Under the pieces are notes generated by a model. That model did not search any database and was not told the origin of the DNA. It saw only the letters and a list, made by a program, of their open reading frames with translations. From positions 9,540-73,539 of the forward strand of contig MFNO01000022.1 of the NCBI GenBank assembly GCA_001782075.1: a DNA stretch of 64,000 nt, written 5' to 3'. Shown here piece by piece: positions 30,618 through 40,727 of this stretch; positions within the stretch are counted from its first letter, which is position 1; each line of letters begins with the position of its first letter. The translations under genes were made by a program, and so were the position numbers. The DNA comes from Candidatus Levybacteria bacterium RIFCSPHIGHO2_01_FULL_38_26 (GTDB taxonomy: Bacteria; Patescibacteriota; Microgenomatia; Levybacterales; UBA12049).

Positions 30618-30965
30618 ATGGAAATAAAAGCAGAGAGCAAGACAACTAGAATCAGTCCTAGAAAAGTAAGGTTGGTTGCTGATGTTATCAAAAACAAACC
30701 CGTGAGTCAGGCGTTAAATATACTGAGCATAACCAATAAAAGGGGGTCGTCTGTTCTTTTAAAAACGCTTAGAAGTGCTGTTGCTAACGCAGTTAATAAT
30801 GCAAAGCTTAAGGAGGATTTACTTACAATAAAAATAATAGAGGTGGGAGAGGGTCCATTTCTTAAGAGATATCGTCCCTCAACTCGTGGAAGAGTCCACC
30901 CATACAAAAAAAGAAGCAGTCATATTAGGATAATACTGGAGGATAAAAATGGGACAAAAAGTTAA
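30618..30965 (+). CDS. rplV: ribosomal protein L22
   Basis: 115 aa; RISPRKVRLVADVIK matches the L22 N-terminus. Confidence 0.9.
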   Translation: MEIKAESKTTRISPRKVRLVADVIKNKPVSQALNILSITNKRGSSVLLKTLRSAVANAVNNAKLKEDLLTIKIIEVGEGPFLKRYRPSTRGRVHPYKKRSSHIRIILEDKNGTKS

Positions 30966-31593
30966 TCCAAAACTATTGCGGCTTGGCCCAGTATACAATT
31001 GGAGTAGCCGTTGGTTTGAGGACAAAAAATACAAGGATATTTTGATTGAAGATCGAAAGATTAGAAAGGCTCTGACAGAAAGACTAAAGAATGCTGGAGT
31101 TTCAGATATTGAGATCGAGAGATCTATCAACAATATGGGGCTTAAGATTTACGTATCAAGACCAGGTATTGTTATTGGACGAGGAGGAAGCGGACTGGAG
31201 GATTTGAAGAAGTTTATAAACGAAGTTTTGAAAAGCAACATAAGCTCTAAGCAGCCGCCCAAAATAGATATTAGAATAGAGGCTATTAAAGAGCCCAATC
31301 TTGATGCGTATTTAGTCGCGTCTAATATCTCGGATCAGTTATTAAGAAGACTACCTCATAGGCGAATTATGACCCAGGCGGTAGAAAAAGTAATGTTTGC
31401 TGGCGCTAAAGGCGTAAGAATTGTTCTTTCTGGAAGAATAGGTGGCGCTGAAATAGGCAGAAGGGAAAAACAGCAAAAAGGCACTGTGCCTCTTTCAACA
31501 ATAAGGGAGCATATTAATTTTTCAAGTGTCCCCGCACTTACTAAGAAAGGGTATATTGGAGTTAAGGTTTGGATAAATAGAGGAGATAAATAA
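30949..31593 (+). CDS. rpsC: ribosomal protein S3
   Basis: [14 protein letters not shown]-terminus; KH and S3_C domains. Confidence 0.95.
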   Translation: MGQKVNPKLLRLGPVYNWSSRWFEDKKYKDILIEDRKIRKALTERLKNAGVSDIEIERSINNMGLKIYVSRPGIVIGRGGSGLEDLKKFINEVLKSNISSKQPPKIDIRIEAIKEPNLDAYLVASNISDQLLRRLPHRRIMTQAVEKVMFAGAKGVRIVLSGRIGGAEIGRREKQQKGTVPLSTIREHINFSSVPALTKKGYIGVKVWINRGDK

Positions 31594-32003
31594 TGTTGGT
31601 TCCAAAAAGAGCAAAATACAGAAAACAACAAAGAGGCACGATGAAAGGAGACGCTCATAAAGGGGTGAATATTTCTTTTGGAGAATATGGGATATTGGCC
31701 TTGAGTAGCGGTTGGGTTACTAGCCGCCAAATAGAAGCAGCAAGACGTGCGATGACGCACTTTACACAAAAAGGCGGCAGGGTTTGGATAAGGATATTTC
31801 CAGATAAACCAGTTACCAAAAAACCTGCTGAGACTAGAATGGGCGGGGGAAAAGGCGATGTTTTTGAGTTTGTCGCGCCGGTAAAGCCGGGAAGGATGTT
31901 GTTTGAGATGGGAGGAATTCCTAAAGACATGGCGATTACGGCTCTAAAACGAGCGGCGCAAAAACTGCCTGTAAAAACAAGAATCATGGAGAAACCCGTC
32001 TAA
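31593..32003 (+). CDS. rplP: ribosomal protein L16
   Basis: [15 protein letters not shown], the canonical L16 start. Confidence 0.95.
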   Translation: MLVPKRAKYRKQQRGTMKGDAHKGVNISFGEYGILALSSGWVTSRQIEAARRAMTHFTQKGGRVWIRIFPDKPVTKKPAETRMGGGKGDVFEFVAPVKPGRMLFEMGGIPKDMAITALKRAAQKLPVKTRIMEKPV

Positions 32004-32070
32004 GCTTACCAATCGCCTTAGTTCATTCGAACTGCGGCTCTTGGAGCGCTTGGTCGGCGGGTAAATAAGT

Positions 32071-32289
32071 ATGAAAACAAAGGATAAAAAAGCATTGCAT
32101 GGAAAAACTTTGCAGGAGTTAAATGCGCAACTTTTAGAAGCGAGAAATGAATTGCATAGTTTGAAGCTTGACAAATCGCTTATAAAGCTTAAAAATACAA
32201 GGTCGATTTTTGAAAAGAGAAAGGAAATCGCTCAAATTTTAACTATTATAAAAATAAAGGAGCCGCCAGCTGGCGGCCAGGGTAAATAA
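32071..32289 (+). CDS. rpmC: ribosomal protein L29
   Basis: 72 aa; LQELNAQLLEARNELHSLKL, the L29 coiled-coil pattern. Confidence 0.8.
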   Translation: MKTKDKKALHGKTLQELNAQLLEARNELHSLKLDKSLIKLKNTRSIFEKRKEIAQILTIIKIKEPPAGGQGK

Positions 32290-32290
32290 T

Positions 32291-32527
32291 ATGAGAAAAA
32301 TACTTGAAGGAGTGGTTGTGTCACTTAAAATGCAAAAAACTGCAGTTGTACAAGTGGCACGAGTAGCACCTCATCCAATTTATAAAAAGCTTATAAAAAG
32401 GGATAAAAAGATAAAAGCAGATACTTCTTCTTTTGATCTTTCCATTGGCGATAGGGTAAAAATTGGGCAGACCAGACCGCTTTCAGCGCAAAAACATTTT
32501 AAAATACTGGAGGTATTGAAAAAATGA
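32291..32527 (+). CDS. rpsQ: ribosomal protein S17
   Basis: 78 aa OB-fold protein; conserved order. Confidence 0.9.
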   Translation: MRKILEGVVVSLKMQKTAVVQVARVAPHPIYKKLIKRDKKIKADTSSFDLSIGDRVKIGQTRPLSAQKHFKILEVLKK

Positions 32528-32898
32528 TCCAGCACAGAACTGTATTGAAAGTTGCTGACAACTCAGGCGCTAGGAAGATTGTAGTTATTCATATCTTTGG
32601 CGGATCAAAGAGAAAATTTGGATCTGTTGGGGACGTACTCAATTGCGTTGTTAAAGAAGCAGTGCCAGAGGCAGGAGTAAAAAAGAGCGAGATTGTAAAA
32701 GTAGTACTTGTCCGTACGAAAAAAGAAAAAAAACGAAAAGATGGTTCTTACATTCGGTTTTCCGATAATGCAGGAGTTTTGATAGATAATCCAAAAGACA
32801 AAAATCCAAGAGGAACAAGAATCTTCGGACCGATTGCAAGAGAAGTAAAGGATAGAGGTTTTGCGAAGATTGCCAGCATGGCTTCTGAAGTATTATGA
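32524..32898 (+). CDS. rplN: ribosomal protein L14
   Basis: [18 protein letters not shown], the canonical L14 start. Confidence 0.95.
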   Translation: MIQHRTVLKVADNSGARKIVVIHIFGGSKRKFGSVGDVLNCVVKEAVPEAGVKKSEIVKVVLVRTKKEKKRKDGSYIRFSDNAGVLIDNPKDKNPRGTRIFGPIAREVKDRGFAKIASMASEVL

Positions 32899-33200
32899 AA
32901 CTTATAAAAGGCGATTTAGTCAAAATTGTGAGGGGAAAGGATCAGGGAAAGACTGGAAAAATAGACAAAGTTTTTTCAAAAACCGATAAGGTTATCGTTG
33001 AGGGGGTTAATCAATACAAAAGACATCTGAAGGCAAGATCGCAAAGACAGCCATCGGAAATAGTTACTGTAACTATACCTATTTTTGTAAGCAATGCTGC
33101 ATTGATTTGTCCTAAATGTAAACTTGCGACAAGAGTTGGATTAGCGTATGATGAAGGCAAAAAAGTTAGAATTTGTAAAAAATGCAAACAAAAAATATGA
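32895..33200 (+). CDS. rplX: ribosomal protein L24 (KOW) with a C-terminal CxxC...CxxC zinc-ribbon-like tail
   Basis: [22 protein letters not shown] motif; C-terminal CPKCK...CKKCK. Confidence 0.9.
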   Translation: MKLIKGDLVKIVRGKDQGKTGKIDKVFSKTDKVIVEGVNQYKRHLKARSQRQPSEIVTVTIPIFVSNAALICPKCKLATRVGLAYDEGKKVRICKKCKQKI

Positions 33201-33748
33201 ATGTTTTAGAAGATAAGTTTAAAAAAGAGATCATAAAAGATTTGCAGAAAAAATTAATCGTTAAGAATGTTATGGATGTGCCAAGACTTGTAAAGATTGT
33301 TATTAACATGGGAGTAAGAGATGCTTTAGCTGATGGTAAAAATGTAGATAAAGCAAGTACGATTTTAACTCAAATTACTGGTCAAAAACCTAAGGTAACT
33401 CTTGCGAGACGTGCTATTGCCGGTTTTAAACTTCGAGAAGGAGACAAAATAGGACTTGTGGTTACTCTCAGAGGAGAAAGGATGTATGTTTTTTTTGAAA
33501 AGCTGGTGAATGTTATCTTGCCTAGGTTGCGAGACTTTCATGGAGTTAAAAAAGAAAGCTTTGACAGAAGCGGCAACTATACCTTGGGATTTACAGAAAA
33601 CTATGTTTTTCCAGAAATAGATCCCGGAAAAATTGATTCGTCTCTTGCTAGACAGGGGTTTGAGATAACTATCGTAACTTCGGCAAAAGACGAGAAAGAA
33701 GGATTCGAGCTTTTGAAGGCGTTGGGAATACCGTTTATGAAAAACTAA
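33182..33748 (+). CDS. rplE: ribosomal protein L5
   Basis: 188 aa; L5 pattern; conserved order. Confidence 0.95.
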   Translation: MQTKNMNVLEDKFKKEIIKDLQKKLIVKNVMDVPRLVKIVINMGVRDALADGKNVDKASTILTQITGQKPKVTLARRAIAGFKLREGDKIGLVVTLRGERMYVFFEKLVNVILPRLRDFHGVKKESFDRSGNYTLGFTENYVFPEIDPGKIDSSLARQGFEITIVTSAKDEKEGFELLKALGIPFMKN

Positions 33749-33759
33749 GAGGAGATGAT

Positions 33760-33945
33760 ATGGCTAAAGTATCTGATATTGTAAAATTTAAAAAAAAGCA
33801 AAAATATCAATCGCGAGCAAGAAATAGATGCAATATATGCGGAAGAGCAAGGGGTTATATGAGGAAATTTGGATTGTGCCGTCTTTGTTTTAGAGATTTA
33901 GCTCTTAGAGGAGAGTTGCCAGGAGTACGTAAGGCAAGTTGGTAG
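33760..33945 (+). CDS. rpsZ: ribosomal protein S14 type Z (zinc-binding)
   Basis: 61 aa with [20 protein letters not shown] (Cx2C...Cx2C). Confidence 0.9.
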   Translation: MAKVSDIVKFKKKQKYQSRARNRCNICGRARGYMRKFGLCRLCFRDLALRGELPGVRKASW

Positions 33946-33963
33946 TTTCGGGAAAAAATTAAT

Positions 33964-34356
33964 ATGAATCACAAAGTATCAGATTTTATTATTAGACTAA
34001 AAAATGCGACCCTCGCAAGAAGGCGAAAGGTTTTAGTTCCTTACTGCAACATTAATAAAAAGTTGATTCAGGTATTGGTAAAAGAGGGATATTTAGAAAG
34101 CGTGAATGAGAAAGATACTAACGGGAACAAAGTTTTGGAAGTAGAAATTAAGTATGACAGAAGATATCCAGTGTTAACAGACGTCGCGATAGTTTCTAAA
34201 CCCTCACTTCGTATTTACGCGCCAGTCTCAAAAATTCCCAATATCCAGAGAAGAGGGAGGCACACTGTAATTCTTTCTACAAGCAAGGGGATAATGAGCG
34301 GTAGAAAAGCTCTTAAGGAGGGAGTTGGAGGAGAGGTGCTTTTTAAGATTTGGTAA
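33964..34356 (+). CDS. rpsH: ribosomal protein S8
   Basis: 130 aa; DFIIRLKNA N-terminus typical of S8. Confidence 0.95.
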   Translation: MNHKVSDFIIRLKNATLARRRKVLVPYCNINKKLIQVLVKEGYLESVNEKDTNGNKVLEVEIKYDRRYPVLTDVAIVSKPSLRIYAPVSKIPNIQRRGRHTVILSTSKGIMSGRKALKEGVGGEVLFKIW

Positions 34357-34374
34357 GAATTAAGGAGGTTATTT

Positions 34375-34926
34375 ATGTCAAAACTTGCTAAAATACCGAT
34401 TGTTATAAATGAAGGAACGTCTGCGGAGATTGTTGATAATACAATTAAAGCAGCTAGCGCCAAAGGTGCTCTTTCTTTTAATATTCCGGATGACGTTTTG
34501 GTAAAGATTGCAGATGGTAAAATAGTAGTATCTGCAAAAAAAAATGCTGATGATAAGACAAAGGTAAGGCTTGGTTTGACTCGCTCTATGATTGCTAACA
34601 TGGTAAAAGGCGTTTCTGCCGGTTTTTCCAAGCAGCTGGAATTGTCTGGGGTTGGTTATAGAGCCCAAGTTTCTGGAGATGTCCTTACCCTTTCTGTTGG
34701 ATTTTCTCATCCCGTGAAGATTACAGCTCCAGGCGGAATAAGCTTCACGGTTTCTGAAAATGTAATAACCATTTTAGGCATAGACAAAGAGCTTGTTGGA
34801 AATACTGCAGCAAACATAAGAAGAATACGTCCGCCCGAGCCTTATAAAGGCAAGGGAATTAAATATGTGGGAGAAAGAATTAGGAGAAAGGCAGGAAAGG
34901 CGGCAAAAGCTTTGGGTGCAAAATAA
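34375..34926 (+). CDS. rplF: ribosomal protein L6
   Basis: 183 aa; MSKLAKIPIVINEG start; two-domain L6 pattern. Confidence 0.9.
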   Translation: MSKLAKIPIVINEGTSAEIVDNTIKAASAKGALSFNIPDDVLVKIADGKIVVSAKKNADDKTKVRLGLTRSMIANMVKGVSAGFSKQLELSGVGYRAQVSGDVLTLSVGFSHPVKITAPGGISFTVSENVITILGIDKELVGNTAANIRRIRPPEPYKGKGIKYVGERIRRKAGKAAKALGAK

Positions 34927-34928
34927 AA

Positions 34929-35264
34929 ATGAAAAATAAAAAATTAAAAAAACAAGTTAGGGCAAAGGTCGTGGGGACCAAGATCAGGCCGCGGCTTTCT
35001 GTTTTTCGATCAAACAGATATATCTACGCTCAGATTATAAATGATGAGGATGGGAAATCGGTCGTTGGGGTCTCGGAAAAACATTTGGAAAAAAAGACAG
35101 GAGCTTCTAAAATAGATAAAGCAGAAGCTTTGGGAGAACTTTTGGCAAAAAAAGCCATAGAAAAAAAAGTAAAAAAAATAGCTTTTGACAGAAGGGATTA
35201 CGCGTATCACGGAAGAGTGGCAGGAATCGCCAAGGGCGCAAGGAAAGGAGGATTAGAATTTTGA
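34929..35264 (+). CDS. rplR: ribosomal protein L18
   Basis: 111 aa; RPRLSVFRSNRYIYAQIINDE L18 signature. Confidence 0.9.
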   Translation: MKNKKLKKQVRAKVVGTKIRPRLSVFRSNRYIYAQIINDEDGKSVVGVSEKHLEKKTGASKIDKAEALGELLAKKAIEKKVKKIAFDRRDYAYHGRVAGIAKGARKGGLEF

Positions 35265-35722
35265 TGGCGGATAATGGATTTGAGGAAAAAATTGTTCAGG
35301 TAAATAGAGTTTCCAAAAAGACAAAAGGAGGAAATAAAATTGGCTTTTCAGTTTTGGCAGTGGTTGGAGACAAAAAGGGAAGAGTAGGAGTAGGTCTTGG
35401 AAAGGCTGGAGATGTATCATCTGCTATTAAAAAAAGCGTCTCAATAGCCCAAAAGCATCTTGTAGAAGTGCCTATTATAAATGGAACGATACCGTTTGAA
35501 TACAATATTAAATTGGGAGCGGCAAAAATTATCCTAAAGCCTGCTCCTCCTGGAAGCGGAGTAATTGCGGGAGGAGCTGTGAGAAGTGTTGTTTCTGCCG
35601 CAGGAATTCAGAATATTTCATCTAAAGTCTTAGGAACCAAAAATCAAGCAAGCAATGTTTATGCGACAATAGAGGCTTTGAGGCGGTTGGCATTAAGATT
35701 TGAGAGAAGTAAGAAAGCTTAA
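35261..35722 (+). CDS. rpsE: ribosomal protein S5
   Basis: VNRVSKKTKGGNKIGFSVLAVVGDKKGRVGVGLGKA S5 signature. Confidence 0.95.
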   Translation: MMADNGFEEKIVQVNRVSKKTKGGNKIGFSVLAVVGDKKGRVGVGLGKAGDVSSAIKKSVSIAQKHLVEVPIINGTIPFEYNIKLGAAKIILKPAPPGSGVIAGGAVRSVVSAAGIQNISSKVLGTKNQASNVYATIEALRRLALRFERSKKA

Positions 35723-35727
35723 AAAAT

Positions 35728-36171
35728 ATGAAATTAGAAAACTTACCAGGAATAACTGATCGAAAAAAGAAAAGACTAGGCCAAGGACATGGTTCTGGAC
35801 GAGGGAAAACAGGAGGACGTGGCACAAAAGGACAAAAAGCAAGAGGTAAAATTTCAATCTCCTTTGAAGGAGGAGCGCTTCCTCTTATTAAGAGGCTTCC
35901 ATTTAGACGGGGTAAGGGAAAAAACAAGGCTTTTAGAAAAAAACCAATTGTGATAAACGTAAAGGCGCTTAATCTTCTTAGGAAAAGTAGCGTTGTAGAT
36001 ATAGATACACTTATAAAAAACAACATCATCGACAAAAAAGAAGCAGAAATTTATGGAGTCAAGATACTAGGGGATGGTGAGCTTTCAATTCCCTTGATAG
36101 TGAAGTTGCCCGTTTCAAAAGGAGCAGAAAAGAAAATTATCAAGTCAGGGGGTAAGATAGAACGTGGGTAA
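35728..36171 (+). CDS. rplO: ribosomal protein L15 (directly after S5; no L30 gene between them)
   Basis: [24 protein letters not shown]15 signature; only 5 bp separate rpsE and rplO. Confidence 0.9.
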   Translation: MKLENLPGITDRKKKRLGQGHGSGRGKTGGRGTKGQKARGKISISFEGGALPLIKRLPFRRGKGKNKAFRKKPIVINVKALNLLRKSSVVDIDTLIKNNIIDKKEAEIYGVKILGDGELSIPLIVKLPVSKGAEKKIIKSGGKIERG

Positions 36172-37450
36172 CATCCTTGGGATTTTCAGAAATAGCATTA
36201 AAGCGCCTGAGGTAAGAAATAAACTTTTGTTTACGGCAGCGATATTTGTAGTTTTTAGAATTTTTGCACACATTCCTGTTGCCGGAGTGGATTTAGTCGC
36301 TCTTAGATCGCTTTTTTCGCAAAATCAATTTTTGGGACTTTTGGACATCTTTTCCGGAGGTACACTTGCTAACTTTTCTGTTATGGCATTGGGGCTTAAT
36401 CCGTATATTAATGCATCTATAATTATGCAGCTTTCAACGCTTGTTTTCCCAAAGCTTGAAGCATTATCAAAAGAGGGTGAATCTGGGCGACAAAAGATAA
36501 ACCAGTATACAAGGATGCTTACAGTGCCCCTGGCAATTTTGCAGGCAATTGGAATGTACGCTTTGCTTCGAAGCCAGGGTATAATTTCCACGTTGGATCC
36601 CATAAGCCTTGCGGCATTTGTTGTTACCATGACCGCGGGAACTATGCTTTTGGTGTGGCTTGGGGAGCTTATCACTGAAAGAGGAGTTGGGAATGGCATA
36701 TCACTTCTTATCTTCGCGGGAATCGTAGGCAGGATCCCTGTTATTTTTGGACAAACAGCCTCAACTACAAATGCTTCCAATGTCTTTAACATAATTACTT
36801 TTATGGTAATGGGTCTTTTTGTGGTTGCTTCAATTGTCCTTATAAACGAAGCAACCAGACGTATAACAGTCCATTATGCAAGAAGGGTTAGAGGTAACAA
36901 AATGTATGGTGGACAATCAACGCACCTTCCTTTGAGACTTAATCAAGCAGGAGTTATTCCTATTATATTTGCAGTTTCTCTTGTATTAATGCCATCTCTT
37001 ATCGCGAATTATTTGACTGCCTCACCGAATAATTTTTTGAATAGTATTGCAACCAATATCACAAGGTGGTTTAATCCGGAAGGAGCGTTTTACAATGCAA
37101 CTTATTTTCTTTTGGTAGTTGGTTTTACTTTTTTTTATACAGCAGTAGTTTTCAACCCCAAAAAGATTTCAGGGGAAATACAAAAATACGGAGGATTTAT
37201 ACCAGGCATAAGACCAGGTACGCCTACTGCCCAATATCTTAATTATATTTTGACGCGCATAACTTTGGCAGGAGCAATTTTTTTGGGTATTATAGCCATA
37301 TTTCCCGTAATTGCCAAATTGTTTACAAATGTCCAAGCTCTTATCTTGGGAGGCACAGGAATCCTAATTGTAGTTTCGGTGGTTTTGGAAACTATCAAAA
37401 ACATAGAAGCGAGATTAGTTATGAGAAGTTACGATAAGTTTAGTAAGTAA
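36164..37450 (+). CDS. secY: preprotein translocase subunit SecY
   Basis: 428 aa, 10 TM helices; conserved position after rplO. Confidence 0.95.
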   Translation: MGNILGIFRNSIKAPEVRNKLLFTAAIFVVFRIFAHIPVAGVDLVALRSLFSQNQFLGLLDIFSGGTLANFSVMALGLNPYINASIIMQLSTLVFPKLEALSKEGESGRQKINQYTRMLTVPLAILQAIGMYALLRSQGIISTLDPISLAAFVVTMTAGTMLLVWLGELITERGVGNGISLLIFAGIVGRIPVIFGQTASTTNASNVFNIITFMVMGLFVVASIVLINEATRRITVHYARRVRGNKMYGGQSTHLPLRLNQAGVIPIIFAVSLVLMPSLIANYLTASPNNFLNSIATNITRWFNPEGAFYNATYFLLVVGFTFFYTAVVFNPKKISGEIQKYGGFIPGIRPGTPTAQYLNYILTRITLAGAIFLGIIAIFPVIAKLFTNVQALILGGTGILIVVSVVLETIKNIEARLVMRSYDKFSK

Positions 37451-37454
37451 CAAA

Positions 37455-37527
37455 GTTGTCATGCCGAACTTGTCCTTCGGTAAACTCAGGACCCTTCGCA
37501 GCGAGGCGAGCGAGTTTGGGATGACAG
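37455..37527. repeat. GC-rich TIR-flanked intergenic repeat (copy B), immediately 3' of secY
   Basis: Begins GTTGTCAT and ends GATGACAG; contains CTTGTC and a CCGAA/TTCGG hairpin; related to copy A at 6673-6759. Confidence 0.35.
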
Positions 37528-37531
37528 GAAT

Positions 37532-38077
37532 ATGAAAATAATTTTAATCGGTATTCAAGGCGCTGGTAAATCAACTCAAGGGAACTTACTTGCTGAAAAA
37601 CTTAAGATTCCCTATCTTTCAACAGGTCACATTTTTAGAAATCTCGCGAAAGAAAAGACAAAATTGGGACGGTATATAAAGGAGATCATGAATGCTGGTT
37701 ATTTGATACCGGATAGAAAGACTTTGATTATAGTTAGCGATTATCTCAAACGTTCAGAATATCAAATGGGATATATTCTCGATGGTTTTCCAAGGACTGT
37801 TCCTCAGGCGAAATTATTTAGAAATGGCGTGGATAAAGTTGTTTACCTTAAGGTTTCGGACAAAGAAGCTTTGTGGAGGTTAAGTTATAGAAATGGGGAG
37901 ACAAGAGAAGATGAGACCCTTGCGGCTCTTCGGAACAGGATTGAGCTTTTTCACAAACTCACCGAGCCAGTTTTGGAATTTTATCGCAAAAAGAAGATAT
38001 TGGTTGAGATTGATGGAGAGCAGAAAATAGAACAAATTAATAAAGACATTTTGAGGAGAGTTAAGAAAAATCCATAG
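37532..38077 (+). CDS. adk: adenylate kinase (short form, no zinc lid)
   Basis: P-loop GIQGAGKSTQ; 181 aa; conserved position after secY. Confidence 0.85.
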   Translation: MKIILIGIQGAGKSTQGNLLAEKLKIPYLSTGHIFRNLAKEKTKLGRYIKEIMNAGYLIPDRKTLIIVSDYLKRSEYQMGYILDGFPRTVPQAKLFRNGVDKVVYLKVSDKEALWRLSYRNGETREDETLAALRNRIELFHKLTEPVLEFYRKKKILVEIDGEQKIEQINKDILRRVKKNP

Positions 38078-38079
38078 AA

Positions 38080-38682
38080 ATGAAGAAGATAATCGCGATT
38101 GTTGGTATGCCCGGAGCTGGCAAGACTGAGACTGCAGAATATTTATTTTCCAAAGGCATGCCTTTTGTTCGGTTTGGAGAAATTACAGAGGATGAAGTAA
38201 GGAGGCGAGGTCTTCCGCTTACGACCGATAACGAGCGAATAGTGCGTGAAGCAATACGCAAAGAAGGCGGAATGGGAGCGTATGCTCTTAGAGCAGAGCC
38301 AAAAATAAACAAACTTCTGGAAGCAAATGAAGTAATAGTTATCGATGGGCTTTATTCCTGGGAGGAATACACTTATTTAAAAGAGAAGTTTCCGGGGCTC
38401 ATTTTGATTAACGTATATGCTGAGCCTAAAGTACGCTACCTCAGGTTATCAAAGAGAAGCATAAGGCCTATTTCTCTTGATGAGTGTTATCTAAGAGATG
38501 TTGCGGAGCTTGAGAAATTAAATAAAGGCGGACCAATTGCGATCGCTGATTATACAATAGAAAATAACAGCGATAACACAAGTAAACTATACGCGAAGAT
38601 TGACTCGCTTTTATCGAGACTGTCTATAAATTTGCCTGCTGACCCGCTTCAAAGCTCGGAGAGCACAGATGCATTGAAATGA
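38080..38682 (+). CDS. P-loop nucleotide/nucleoside kinase-like protein inserted between adk and map
   Basis: Walker A IVGMPGAGKTE in a roughly 200-aa NMP-kinase-sized protein; exact specificity unknown. Confidence 0.45.
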   Translation: MKKIIAIVGMPGAGKTETAEYLFSKGMPFVRFGEITEDEVRRRGLPLTTDNERIVREAIRKEGGMGAYALRAEPKINKLLEANEVIVIDGLYSWEEYTYLKEKFPGLILINVYAEPKVRYLRLSKRSIRPISLDECYLRDVAELEKLNKGGPIAIADYTIENNSDNTSKLYAKIDSLLSRLSINLPADPLQSSESTDALK

Positions 38683-39437
38683 TTGACATAAAAACCCCAA
38701 AAGAAATTTCGATAATGGCGGCTGGAGGAAAAATTTTGGCAGAAGTCCTAAGTGAAGTTTTGTCAAAAATAAAACCAGGGGTTTCAGAGCTGGAGCTTGA
38801 CAACCTTGCTGAGAAATTAATAAGAGGGAAAGGGGCAGAGCCTGGTTTTAAAAGAGTAGAAGGCTACAGGTACTCTATTTGTATTTCGACAAATGAGGCG
38901 GTTGTTCATGGCATCCCCACAGATTATAGGTTTAAAGAAGGGGATGTTGTAGGCGTGGATTGCGGTGTTTATTTTAAAGGGTTTAATACGGATATGGCAC
39001 AAACAATAGAGGTTAAAGGTCAAAGCGACGACAGTGTTGATAAGTTTCTTAAGACAGGAGAAAAGGCATTGATAGAAGGAATTAAACAAGCAATGCCAGG
39101 AAATAGGGTGGGGCATATTTCCAAAGCAATACAAGATATAGTTGAAGAAAAAGGTTATTCTGTGGTCAGAAGTTTAGTTGGACATGGGGTGGGTAGAGAA
39201 CTTCATGAGGAGCCAGAAGTTCCAGGTTTTTTGATAAAAAAGATCGATCAGACCCCCAATCTTAAAGAGGGAATGGTTATTGCTGTTGAAGTAATTTACA
39301 ACATGGGAAAAGCGGATGTGGAGTATTCAAATGATGACGGATGGACAATTAAAACTAAGGACAATAGTTTGTCTGGGCTTTTTGAGAGAACAATTGCAGT
39401 AACAAAAAGTGGCCCAGTTGTCTTAACAACGGTTTGA
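38679..39437 (+). CDS. map: methionine aminopeptidase type I
   Basis: 252 aa; pita-bread-fold metal ligands (DVVGVDCG, HGVGRELHEEP, VIAVE). Confidence 0.9.
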   Translation: MIDIKTPKEISIMAAGGKILAEVLSEVLSKIKPGVSELELDNLAEKLIRGKGAEPGFKRVEGYRYSICISTNEAVVHGIPTDYRFKEGDVVGVDCGVYFKGFNTDMAQTIEVKGQSDDSVDKFLKTGEKALIEGIKQAMPGNRVGHISKAIQDIVEEKGYSVVRSLVGHGVGRELHEEPEVPGFLIKKIDQTPNLKEGMVIAVEVIYNMGKADVEYSNDDGWTIKTKDNSLSGLFERTIAVTKSGPVVLTTV

Positions 39438-39606
39438 TTGCAGTTGAAAGATTATTTTGATATAATAAGATTTAAATTCGAAATCCGAAATCCGAAGCAC
39501 GAAACAATTTCAGAATCCGAATTTTAAAATTTTCAAAACATTTTTAATTTTGGTCATTCTAATTTGTTTCGAATTTCGATATTAGAGTTTCGAATTTAAT
39601 TTTTGT

Positions 39607-39825
39607 ATGGCTCATCAAGGCTCGTTTGAGGTAGATGGAGTTGTTAAAGAATCTCTACCAAATACCTTATTTAGGGTGGAGATTCCAGGCGGGGAAATAA
39701 TTATTTGCCACTTGTCGGGTAAAATGAGAATGAATTTTATAAAAATTTTGCCGGGGGACAAGGTACGAGTTGAAATGACAGCTTATGATAAAACAAAAGG
39801 AAGGATAGTATATAGACACAAATGA
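39607..39825 (+). CDS. infA: translation initiation factor IF-1
   Basis: 72 aa S1-like OB fold with a typical IF-1 sequence. Confidence 0.95.
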   Translation: MAHQGSFEVDGVVKESLPNTLFRVEIPGGEIIICHLSGKMRMNFIKILPGDKVRVEMTAYDKTKGRIVYRHK

Positions 39826-39935
39826 AAGTAAGAGCCAGCGTTAAACCAAGATGCGCAAAATGCAAGGTGATTAAAAGAAAGGGAGTAATTAGAATTATTT
39901 GTGATAATCCAAAACACAAGCAAAGACAAGGTTAA
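39822..39935 (+). CDS. rpmJ: ribosomal protein L36 (not in the ORF track; found by hand)
   Basis: ATG overlaps the infA stop (ATGA). It encodes [37 protein letters not shown], 37 aa, with a C..C...C...H zinc ribbon. Confidence 0.85.
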   Translation: MKVRASVKPRCAKCKVIKRKGVIRIICDNPKHKQRQG

Positions 39936-39940
39936 AACAT

Positions 39941-40348
39941 ATGAGGGTTGCAGGATTTAATATACCAGATGATAAAAGAATAGATATTGCCCTAACTTAC
40001 TTGTATGGTATAGGCAGGAGTAATGTTTTTAGTATTTTGAAAAAAGCAGATGTCGAAGGCTCAAAAAGAGTAAAGACCTTATCTGAAGACGAACAAAAAA
40101 GAATTCAAAAGGCTATGGAGGGATACAAAGTTGAGGGAGACCTCAGGTCTGAAGTAATATCCAATATCAAAAGACTTAAGGAGATCTATTCGTATAGAGG
40201 CTTAAGACATACTAAAAACCTTCCTGCAAGAGGGCAGCGCACCAGATCTAACGCAAGAACAAAAAGAGGAAAAAGAGTTACGATCGGCGCGATAAAGAAA
40301 GAGGTTGCTGTAAAGATGGGGCTTATTGAAAAAGAAAAGAAAGTATAA
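39941..40348 (+). CDS. rpsM: ribosomal protein S13
   Basis: [26 protein letters not shown]13 start. Confidence 0.95.
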   Translation: MRVAGFNIPDDKRIDIALTYLYGIGRSNVFSILKKADVEGSKRVKTLSEDEQKRIQKAMEGYKVEGDLRSEVISNIKRLKEIYSYRGLRHTKNLPARGQRTRSNARTKRGKRVTIGAIKKEVAVKMGLIEKEKKV

Positions 40349-40355
40349 TATTTAT

Positions 40356-40727
40356 ATGGCAGTAAAGAAGAAAACAACAGTTGGAAGTTCTGGTAAGGCG
40401 TTTATCGCCTCAACTTTCAATAATACCTTGATTTCAATAACAACTGACAAAGGTGATGTTCTGTCATGGGGCAGCAGCGGCGCATCGGGTTTTAAGGGGA
40501 CAAGGAAGTCAACTCCATTTGCCGCCAGCTCTGCTGCTGAGACTGCGGTAAAGAAAGCGGTTGAGAAGGGTTTAAAGGCAGTCGATGTTTATGTGAGAGG
40601 ACCCGGGTCGGGTCGTGACGCCGCGCTTAGAGCTATCAAAAATGGTGGCCTTTCTATACTTTCTATTGCTGATATAACGCCTATACCTCATAATGGGCCA
40701 AGGGCAAAAAAGAAAAGGAGAATCTGA
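40356..40727 (+). CDS. rpsK: ribosomal protein S11. The start is reassigned to ATG 40356; the track ORF begins inside rpsM.
   Basis: From [10 protein letters not shown]...; conserved order. Confidence 0.9.
   Translation: MAVKKKTTVGSSGKAFIASTFNNTLISITTDKGDVLSWGSSGASGFKGTRKSTPFAASSAAETAVKKAVEKGLKAVDVYVRGPGSGRDAALRAIKNGGLSILSIADITPIPHNGPRAKKKRRI

Noticed and set aside
39440-39600. Possible CRISPR array suggested by the repeated TCCGAA/TTCGAA motifs
   Set aside because: The repeats are 6-8 bp, irregularly spaced and partly inverted, with no 25-40 bp repeat/spacer periodicity and no cas genes nearby. It looks like a regulatory or low-complexity AT-rich spacer.
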